Shown here: positions 1 to 8,526 of the stretch, in pieces
Numbering within the stretch: the stretch's first letter is position 1
Layout: every line of letters starts with the position of its first letter
From: Paraspadella gotoi
Lineage: Eukaryota; Animalia; Chaetognatha
Direction of reading: 5' to 3'
Assembly: GCA_051294375.1 (NCBI GenBank)
Contig: JBJCIZ010000568.1
Span: 1-8,974, forward strand
DNA: 8,974 nucleotides
Translations under genes and position numbers: made by a program
The notes under the pieces: generated by a model
Databases searched by the model: none
What the model was told of the DNA's origin: nothing
Seen by the model: the letters and a program-made list of their open reading frames with translations, nothing else

Positions 1-3000
1 AACTCGTCTTCAAGTTCGTCAAAACAAATTTGGATCAAGTCTGATTCATTCGCGCTTCCTTACAGTTAAGTTTATTAGTTTTTCTTTGTCCAGCAAAATT
101 GGTATCGTAGATATATTGAGTAAATAGGCAAAGAGAAAAAAGTTATCAAACAATAAGGAATACAGAATGCTTTCATTGCTTTGGAAAACTCTATGCAGAT
201 AATGCGACTTGATTATCCCACGATCTGTCTACAACCATACCACAATATGTTACACCGTTTTTTATCTGATCAACCAAGTTAGGCATATTGTGCCTGCTTT
301 GTACTGAATTGGGTGACCGGCTGACTGCCTAAAATCTTGGCATTTGTAATTCTTATTATTTCCTGTATTTCAACAAGCTAAGCAAAATATGAGCAATGAT
401 ATAGAAACAAAAAATATATATGATCAAAAAACTACATACTTTGTTAAGTTATCCGTTAAATGGAGCTAACAAGGAAACCTTTTTAAAACAAACCGCCAAA
501 TAAATTACAATTTTCTTTTCCAAAGATAAAATAATCATTTTGAGACAAAAACATATTAAAGAATTTGGTATAATAAAACATTGTCATGACAAGGATTTAT
601 AGATTTCCGCTTCTATGGCACAAGGCTCTGAAGCACCAGTCTCTTAAAGAGAGATTCCCTATGAAGGGGAAAGATACACTACTTTAAACAAATTGAGAAC
701 TACTGCATCTATAAGGCTTCAAGTGTATCTAGCGCATATTATTTGTCTATGCCATACTTTTGAAAATGATTTTGAGTGAGCTAACTCTCTAATCAAGACA
801 AGTTGCATAGAGCCATTTTTTACTGATAATAACACCTGAGCTTTAACAATTGTGTATAATAACTATTAAAGATGAACTTGATGATATTTATGATAATTCA
901 ATCGAATATTTGACTTTGATTATAAAAAATAATAGTCTCAAAAGCTTACTCTGCTTTCTGATTTACCACATTTTCTGTTTTATATGCAAAGAAAGCCTCG
1001 TCTTCAATTCTCAAACAAAGTTTAAATAAAGTCTGAACTCAACCACTTTACAGTTTGAGTTTAGCAAAGAGGTTTTTTATCCAGCAAATATATTATCCAG
1101 ATATATCAAGATTCAAAGGCAAAAAGTAAAATCATTAAGAGACACATGGCGAATCAAGCAATATTTCTATACTTTGGGAAAGAAACTAAAAAAAATTTTT
1201 TTTGATTTATATCCATATGCTCGAGTGCCCATGGACCATATTCCCCATTGCACTACACTATATTCTTATCCAATCACCAAAATAAGGCAAATTACTGTGC
1301 CTAAGCATTTGTACTTCTACATTGGTGACCGTCCTGGGAATCCCAGTTATTGTACTTTTTTCTTTAATTCTAAAGCAAAAGCAAAAATATGAGCCAACGA
1401 CTCAATTTTATACAAACTACAAATTTTTGGGTGCAATGTATCTTATAATATGGTAGCTTACAACTCAGATATATATTTTCAAAGGTCAAACTCGCTTAAA
1501 TAAAAATAACTAATTTTTTTTGTTCCGGATGTAAGCACTAATAATGATCCTGCAACAATACACTCTATACACAAACAATTTTGTTACAAAAACTTATTAT
1601 TATACCAGGATATAGCATTTCCCTTCAGGCCACTCTGAACGAGCTCTGAACCATTCCCCCTTAACTCTTATTCCAAGAATTTCCCTATTAAAGGGGATTA
1701 ATACATACTTTAAACAAATTGTATGTTACTTAAATATAAAGGCATTCAATGCATGCAAGCGCAAAATTTTCTTTATGATGATTTTAATTTCTAAAGTTTC
1801 AGATTGGTCAACTATATCGAGTAAGTGGGGTTTGGAGCCCTATTTATTTGAGAATAATTATACCTGAACTTTAAAATCCTGATCATCATAACTAATGAGA
1901 AAAACTGAATATATTTTTAATGAATAATTTGTAATAATATATGACTTTTGAATTATTGAACTAATAGGTCCAACAGCTTATCACACTTCCTGATTATCAC
2001 ATTTTCTGTTTTTCTACATGCAAAGGGTTAAAGCAGAAAGACTCGTCTCAATTTCTCAATCAAAAGTCTGTGGATAGTCTGATTCATTCGCGATGCTTTC
2101 ACTAAGTTTATGTGATTTTTTGTCCAGCAAATTGGTATCTAGATATATTGAAGATAAATACAAAAGAGGAAAAAAGTTATCAAGACAATAAGGAATGAAG
2201 AATGTTCATTGTCTTTTGAAAACTTTTGCAGATAATGCCGACTTCGATATCCCACATCTGTGCCTAAACCATACCACAAATATGTTACAACCTGGTTTTA
2301 TCTGATCACCAAAGTTAAGCAACAATATTGTGCCCTGTTTGTACTTGTGATTCGTATTCTTTTATTTCCTACTTTCTAAACAGCATAAGCCGAAAATATG
2401 AGCAATGGACTATAGACAAAATATTATATATGAATGGATTCGCAAACTAATATTTTTGATTTAAATTACTCCTTTAAATGGAGTTAGCAAGGAACCTTTC
2501 TAAATACAAGCTGCCAAAATAAAATTACAAATTTTCTGTCCAAGATCACAATCATTTGAGAAAAAGACTAATTTTAACGGGGATGATTTTTTTTGATCTT
2601 ATTTTTAAAAAACATTTTATGACAAGGATTTATAGATTTCCCTTCAGGCACAAGGCTCGAGACCTCTCTTAAAGAGATTCCCTATGAAAGGGGAAGATAC
2701 ATACTTTAAACAAATTAAACTACTCAATTATAAGCTTCAAGTATCTAGCGCAAATTTTTATTGCCATACCTTCTTGAAAATTTTTGAGTAGCTAACTTTA
2801 ATCAAGCAAGTTGCCATATTGAGCCATTTTTACTAATAATAAGACACTTGGGCTTAAAATTTTGTATAAAATTATTAAAGAATGAACTGGGATATTTTAT
2901 GAATAATTCAATCTAATATTTGACTTTTGATTATAAAAAATTAGTCTCAAAGTTTACTCTGCTCTATTATCCGCATTTTCTGTTTTATTATGCATATGCA

Positions 3001-5234
3001 TAGCAGAAAAGCCTCGTCTTCAAATTCTCAAACAAAATTAAAAATGGTGACTCAACCGCTTCTACAGTTGAGTTTAAAAAGGTTTTTATCCAGAAATTAT
3101 TATCCAGATATATCAAAGATTAAAGGCAAAAAGTAAAAGTCATTAAGACCACATGCGAATCAAGAATCCTTTCTTACTTTAAAAAATAAACTAAAAAAAT
3201 GTTGACTTGATATCCTATGCTGGTGCCATGACCATATCCCATTGCATACACTTGTTCTTATCCAATCACCAAAAATAAGCATATTTGGCCTGCTTTGTAC
3301 TTCAATTGGTGACCGCCTGGGAATCCAGTTATTGTACTTTTTCTTATCCTCAACAAAAGCAAACATATAAGCCAACGATATTGACAAACTACAAATTTTT
3401 GTGCCAATTATCTTTAAATGGAGCTTACCACAGAAATATTTTCAAAGGTAACTCTAAATAAAAATACTATTTTTTGTCGATGTAAGAAAAAAATCATACT
3501 TGCGACAAAAGTTAACAAAACAAATTGTGAAAATGATATTTTATGACCATGATTAATAGATTTCCCTCAGGCACAAGGCTCTGAAGCACCTCTCTTAAGA
3601 GGAGTTCCCTATTAAAGGGGAAGATACATTACTTTAAACAAATTGAATGGTACTTAATTATAGCTTCAATGCATCAAGCGCAAAATTTTCTTATGATGAT
3701 TTTATTTTAAAAGTTTTCAGTTGGTCAACTTATATCGAGCAAGTGGGGCTTGGACCCTGGTTCATGAGAAGTAATCATATACCTGAACTTTTAATTCTGT
3801 TCATAAACTAATAAGAATAAACTGACATAATTTAGTGAATAATTGTAACTAATATTTGACTTTTGATTATGAACTAATATCCCAAAGCTTACTCCACTTC
3901 CTGATATACATATTTGTTCTATGCAAAGGGTTAAGCCAGAAAAGCCTCGTCCTTCAAGTTCTCAAACAAAGTTTGGATCAAGTCTGATTCATTCGCGCTG
4001 CTTCAGTTAAGTTTATTGGGAGTTTTTTGTCCAGCAAAATTGGTATCTAGATATTATGAGATAAATAGCAAAGAGAAAAAGTTTCAAGACATAAGGGAAT
4101 GAAGAATGTATTCATTGCTTTGAAACTCTTGCAGATAATGCTGACTTGATATCCCACGATCTGTGCCTACAACCATACCACAATCAATAGTACACCCTTT
4201 TTATCTGATCACAAAGTTAGGCAATATGTGCCTGCTTTGTACTTGAATGGTGACCGGCGATGCCTAAAATCTTGGCATTGTAATCTTTTATTCTATTTCT
4301 AAAGCATAAGCAAAAAATGAGCAATGATATAGACAAAAATATATATGATTCAAAACTACATATTTTTTAACTTATCTTAATGGAGCTTAACAAGAATCTT
4401 TTAAAACAAATACGCCAAATAAAATTACAATTTCTTTCCAAATAAAAAATCAATCTTTTGAGACAAACATAATTAAGATTTGGGTATAAAAACATTTTAT
4501 GACAAGGATTTATAGATTTCCTTCACACAGCTTCAAGACCCTCTCTTAAGAGAGTTCCTATGAAAGGGGAAGATACATACTTTAAACAATTGAAATACTC
4601 AATATAGCTTCAATGTATCTAGCGCAAATTTTTCTTGCCATACCTTCTTGAAAATATTTTGAGTGAGCTAACTTTAATCCAAGCAAGTTGCATATTGAGC
4701 CATTTTTTACTGATTAATAAACACTTGAGCTTTAAAATTGTGTATTATAAACTATTAAAGAATGAACTGAAGATCTTTTCATGAATAATTCAATCGATAT
4801 TTGACTTTTGATTATAAAAAATTAGTCTCAAAGGCTTACTACTCTGGCTTCTGATTATCCACATTTCTGTTTATTGCAAAGAAAAGCCTCGCTTCAAACT
4901 TCTCAAACAAAGTTTCAAAATAAGTCTGACTCAACCATTTCTACAGTTGAGTTTAACAAAGGTTTTTATCAGCAAAATATTATCCAGATATATCAAAGAT
5001 TAAAGCAAAAAGTAAATAGTCATTAAGACCAATGCGATCAAGAAATATTTCTATACTTTGGAAAGAACTTAAAAAAAATTTTGACTGACAATCCTATGCT
5101 CGTGCCATGACCATATCCATTGATACCTAAAAAAATTCTTATCCAACCACAAAATAAGCATATTTGGCCTGCTTTGTACTCAATTGGACCGCCTGGGAAT
5201 CCAGTTATTGTACTTTTTTCTTATTCCTTAAAGC

Positions 5235-6150
5235 AAAATCAAAATATGAGCAACGATATTGACAACTACAATTTTTGGTGCAATTATCTTTAAATGGAGC
5301 TTACCACAAAATATTTTCAAGGTAACTGCTATATAAAAACTATTTTTTTGTCCGATGTAAGAAATATATCTTGCAACTAAACTTAACAACACTTTTGTAC
5401 CAATGATATTTTATGACCAGGATTAATAAGTTTCCCTTCAGGCACAAGGACTCTGAAGCACCTCTCTTAAAGAGATTCCCTATTAAAGGGGAAGATACAT
5501 ACTTTAACACATTTGAATGTACTTAATTATAAGCTTCAATGCATCAAAGCCGCAAAATTTTCTTATGGATTTTTATTTAAATTTTCAGTTGGTCAACTTA
5601 TATCAAGCAGTGGGGTTTGGTAGCCCTGTTTACTGAAGAATAATATACTTGAGCTTTAAAATTCTGTTATCATAAACTAATGAAGAATGAACTGAATATA
5701 TTTTATGAATAATTGTAACTAATATTTGACTTTTGATTATGAAGTAATAGTCCCAAAGCTTACTCCACTTTCTGGATTATCAACATTTTCTTTTATCAAT
5801 AGCAAGAGGTAAAGCCAGAAAAACCTCGTCTTCAAGTTGCTCAACAAATTTTGGACTAAGTCTGATTCATTCGCGCTTTTCAGTTAAGTTTATTGGAGTT
5901 TTTTGTCCAGCAAAATTGGTATCAGGATATATTGAAGATAAATAGCAAAGAGAAAAAAGTCATCAAGACAATAAGGGAATGAAGAATGTTTCATTGCTTT
6001 TGAAAACTATGCAGATAATGCCGACTTGATATCCAACGATCTGTGCCTACAACAATACCACAATACGTACAACGGTTTTTATCTGATCACCAAAGTTAAG
6101 CAATATTGTGCCTGCTTTGTACTTGAATGGGTGACCGGCTGACTGCCTAA
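5235..6150 (-). pseudogene. Near full-unit copy of a decayed reading frame (coding relic of the repeat unit); similarly decayed copies lie in every unit to the left
   Basis: Minus-strand translation from ~6150 gives SAGHPFKYKAGTILLNFGDQIKTVVRIVVLL*AQIVGYQVGIICIVFKSNETFFIPLLS**LFSLCYLSSIYPDTNFAGQKTPINLTE. It continues through indels to LEDEV..., WSKLWDYYFIIKSQ... and a final hydrophobic LSISLLIF near 5245-5265. It contains multiple stops and frameshifts. Confidence 0.45.
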
Positions 6151-6414
6151 AAATCTTGGGCATGGTAATTCTTTTATTTCTTATTTCTAAAAGCATAAGC
6201 AAAATATGAGCAATGATATAAACAAAGAAAATATATATGATTCAAAAACTACATATTTTTGTTAAATTATCTTTAAATGGAGCTTAGCAAGGAAACCATT
6301 TAAAAGCAAACTGCCAAATAAAATTACAATTTTCTTTCCAAAGATAAAAATAATCATTATGAGACCAATTGTAATTAAGATTTGGTATAAAATAACATTT
6401 TATGACAAGGACCG

Positions 6415-7213
6415 CTAAATAAAAATGCTATTTTTTTGTCCAATGTAAAAAATAATCATCTTGAAAAAAAACTGTAACAAACATTTTGTACAAAATGTTA
6501 TTTCATGACCAGGATTAATAGATTTCCCTTCAGGCACAAGGCTCTGAAGCACCTCTCGTAAAGAGAGTTCCCTATTAAAGGGGAAGATACATACTTTAAA
6601 CAAATTGAATGTATTTAATTATAAGCTTCAAAGCATCAAGCACAAAATTTTTCTTACGATGATTTTTTAAAAAAGTTTTCAGTTGGTCAACTTATATCGA
6701 GCAAGTGGGGTTTGGAGCCCTGTTTACTGAAGAATAATATACCTGAGCTTTAAAATTCTGTATCATAACTTTTAAAAAATGAACTGAATATATTTTATGA
6801 ATAATTGTAACTAATATTTGACTTTTGATTATGAAGTAATAGTCCCAAAGCTTACTCCACTACTGATTATCAGCATTTTCTGTTTTCTATGCAAAGGGTA
6901 AAGCCAGAAAAACCTCGTCTTGAAGTTCTCAAACAAAAGTTTGGATTAAGTCTGACTCATTCACGATTCTTCAGTTTATTGGAGGTTTTTTTTGTCCAGC
7001 AAAATTGTATCTAGACATATCGAAGATTATTAGCAAAAAGAAAAAAGTCATCCAGACAATAAGGGAATGAAGAATGTTTCATTGCTTTTGAAAATGCAGA
7101 CAATGCCGACTTGATATCCCACGATCTGTGCCTACAACGATACCACATTATGTACACCGGTTCTTATTCTGATCACCAAAGTTAAGCAATATTGTTCCTG
7201 CTTTGTACTTGAA
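6415..7213 (-). pseudogene. Cleanest copy of the decayed reading frame; possible membrane-protein fragment, tentatively ionotropic-receptor/iGluR-like
   Basis: Reads FKYKAGTILLNFGDQ...NESDLIQTFV*ELQDEVFLALPFA*KTENADNQ*WSKLWDYYFIIKSQILVTIIHKIYSVHFLKVMIQNFKAQVYYSSVNRAPNPTCSI*VDQLKTFLKNHRKKNFVLDALKLIIKY, then a frameshift into the supplied ORF 6415-6603 (FKVCIFPFNRELSLREVLQSLVPEGKSINPGHEITFCTKCLLQFFFKMIIFYIGQKNSIFI). All three stops between ~6600 and ~6925 are sense codons in sister copies. The family assignment is unverified. Confidence 0.5.
6528..6585. other. Triple-hairpin conserved core of the repeat unit (T-loop variant)
   Basis: CTTCAG-GC-acaag-GC-t-CTGAAG / cac / CTCTC-gtaaa-GAGAG / TTCCCT-attaaa-GGGGAA. 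Function unknown. Confidence 0.6.
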
Positions 7214-7251
7214 GTATTGTAATTCATTATTTTGTTATTATTATTTATTAT

Positions 7252-7821
7252 AAAAAACATTTTATAACAAGGATTTATAGATTTCCCTTCAGGCACAAGG
7301 CTCTGAAGCACCTCTCTTAAAGAGAGTTCCCTATGAAAGGGGAAGATACATACTTTAAACAAATTGAAACTACTCAATTATAAGCTTCAATGTTTCCGGC
7401 GCTAATTTTCTCTTACCATACCTTCTTGAAAATTTTTTGAGTTAGCTAACTTTAATCAAGCAAGTTGCATTTTGAGCCATTTTTACTTTAGAATAAGACA
7501 CTTGAGCTTTGAAATTTTGTATAATAATTATTAAATAATGAACTGAAGATATTTTATGAATATTTTTATTATATATAATATATATAATATTTTGATTATA
7601 AAAAAAATTAGTCCCAAAGATTACTCTGATTATTAGCATTTTCTATTTTATATGCATATAGCAGAGCTAGAAAAGCCTCGTCCTCAGGTTCTCAAACAAA
7701 AGTTAAAATACGTCTGAATCAACCGAGCTTCTTCATCTTCAGTTGCGTTTAAAAGAGTTGTTTTTGTCCAGTAAAATTAGTATATAGATATATCAAAGAT
7801 TAAAGGCAAAAAGTAAAAAGT
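7252..7821 (-). pseudogene. Paralogous (other-variant) copy of the same decayed frame, truncated by deletions
   Basis: Supplied ORFs 7442-7639 (IHKISSVHYLIIIIQNFKAQVSYSKVKMAQNATCLIKVS) and 7132-7377 (FNLFKVCIFPFHRELSLREVLQSLVPEGKSINPC) are the homologous frames of the 6415-7213 copy. Positions 7277-7560 align to 6518-6801 without gaps. Confidence 0.45.
7287..7344. other. Triple-hairpin conserved core of the repeat unit (G-loop variant)
   Basis: CTTCAG (7287-92) pairs with CTGAAG (7303-08), CTCTCT (7312-17) with AGAGAG (7321-26), and TTCCCT (7327-32) with GGGGAA (7339-44, one G-T pair). Noisier copies lie near 605-670, 1620-1697, 2640-2695, 3563-3622, 4520-4571 and 5435-5493. Confidence 0.6.
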
Positions 7822-7863
7822 TGAATTGGTGACCGCCTGGGAATCACAGTTATTGTAGTTTTT

Positions 7864-7894
7864 AGTCGGATCTGCTTATCAGCAGATTCCAACT
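7864..7894 (+). other. 5' terminal inverted-repeat hairpin of the inserted element
   Basis: AGTCGG-ATCTGCT-tatc-AGCAGAT-t-CCAACT: a perfect 7 bp inner stem plus 5/6 outer pairs with one bulge, starting directly after TTTTT. Confidence 0.85.
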
Positions 7895-7994
7895 CTATAA
7901 TTCACTTTGTCGGTCCCACCCCAAAATATTGTCGGTAAATCATTATTATCATATCATAACCTCGAATTATGATAAATTATACAAAAAAATTGAT

Positions 7995-8014
7995 GTCCGT
8001 CGGTCCGTCCGTCC
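7995..8014 (+). repeat. (GTCC/GTCG)5 microsatellite
   Basis: GTCC GTCG GTCC GTCC GTCC. A related TGTCGGTCC occurs at ~7907-7916. GTCY tracts are typical of DINE-1/HINE 5' regions. Confidence 0.9.
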
Positions 8015-8064
8015 CCCCTTAGCAAAAAACTCGAATTACTTGTGATTGGATGGATGGATTGGTA

Positions 8065-8470
8065 TGAAATTTTGTGTGTGGGTAGGAAACTGTGTGATTG
8101 AGATGGATATGAAGTTTCGATGGAATCGTGCGAGTGAAAATTGGTTTAAATGGAAAAAAACTAAAAAATCTATTTCACTATTTGAACGCCAATTGCTTAT
8201 GAGTGGATAGGGCAATTGACTTGAAATTTTGTGTGTGGGTAGGAAACTGTGTGATTGAGATGGATATAAAGTTTCGATGGAATTGTGCGAGTGGAAATGG
8301 GTTAAAATAGAAAAAACAAAAGTCATATTTAGTTATTTTTACTTAAATTTACTGTGAAATTTTGTGTGTGGGTAGGAAAGTATGTGATAAAGCTGGATAT
8401 AAATTTTTTGATGGAATCGTAGGAGTGAAAAAGAGTTCAAATAAGAAAACCAAAAGACATTTATTTGAAT
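8065..8470 (+). repeat. Three internal repeats (~105 bp shared core; starts spaced 157 and 133 bp)
   Basis: TGAAATTTTGTGTGTGGGTAGGAAA is identical at 8065, 8222 and 8355. Each is followed by TGTGAT..TGGATAT.AA.TTT.GATGGAAT.GT..GAGTG.AAA and an A-rich tail. Confidence 0.93.
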
Positions 8471-8481
8471 TTTTTCAAGTT

Positions 8482-8526
8482 TCTCTCTCTCTATCTCTCT
8501 CTGGTTGATTGATTGATTGATTGATT
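8482..8526 (+). repeat. Compound microsatellite: (TC)~10 then (TTGA)5.5
   Basis: TCTCTCTCTCTATCTCTCTCT at 8482-8502, then GG, then TTGATTGATTGATTGATTGATT at 8505-8526. Confidence 0.92.

Larger units (their letters stand above)
1..7863. repeat. Tandem array of a ~0.93-1.05 kb unit with two alternating variants (A/B); about 8 units plus a partial one, running off the left edge
   Basis: The anchor CTCG(T)C(T)TCAA recurs at 3, 997, 2042, 3013, 3946, 4888, 5825, 6914 and 7677 (spacings 994, 1045, 971, 933, 942, 937, 1089, 763). Other shared landmarks are TCCAGCAAAAT, TTGATATCC, GGTGACCG, TCTTTAAATGGAGC and ATATTTGACTTTTGATTAT. A-type first halves (ATTCATTCGCG...GGTATCTAGAT) start at 3, 2042, 3946, 5825 and 6914. 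B-type first halves (ACTCAACC...TTATCCAGAT) start at 997, 3013, 4888 and 7677. Confidence 0.97.

Noticed and set aside
1174-1392. 72 aa plus-strand ORF (and the 75 aa minus ORF 3160-3387) as independent genes
   Set aside because: Both switch frame relative to sister copies through private indels and are not conserved as ORFs across units.
6505-7010. Plus-strand coding frame (MTRINRFPFRHKALKHLS*REFPIKGEDTYFKQIE...KPEKPRLEVLKQKFG), possibly starting at the recurrent ATGAGCAA.GATAT
   Set aside because: It looks protein-like, but several stops are shared by both variants and many differences fall at second codon positions. The minus frame has fewer shared stops. Not fully excluded without computation.
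7280-7340. Hammerhead ribozyme (CTGAAG and GAAA words on both strands)
   Set aside because: The core needs CUGANGA-stem II-GAAA. Plus-strand CTGAAGC is not followed by GAAA directly after the stem, and that GAAA is TAAA in half the copies. Minus-strand CTGAAGGGAAA has no stem II and no evident stem III.
7281-7347. Minus-strand cloverleaf with a CT-TTA-AG apex, suggesting an ochre-suppressor tRNA
   Set aside because: There is no GTTC T-loop and no D-loop GG, the acceptor stem is bulged and short, and the arm lengths are non-canonical. The apex pairs better as a 6 bp stem. Kept only as an unclassified hairpin cluster.
6415-7640. Non-standard genetic code (TAA/TAG=Gln, TGA=Trp) making the unit an intact gene
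   Set aside because: A few stops align with CAA or TGG in the paralog, but others align with AAA, TAT, TAC, TTA or ACA. A shared frameshift and large deletions remain. Ordinary pseudogene decay is simpler.
1-7863. rDNA, 5S, histone or spliced-leader gene tandem array, or stacked LTRs
   Set aside because: No recognisable rRNA, 5S, histone or SL sequence was found, and there are no TG...CA ends, primer-binding site or gag/pol remnants that I can support.
8036-8326. 96 aa minus-strand ORF
   Set aside because: It falls within the element's internal repeats. The low-complexity S/H/F/I composition mirrors the strand skew, and no recognisable domain is present.
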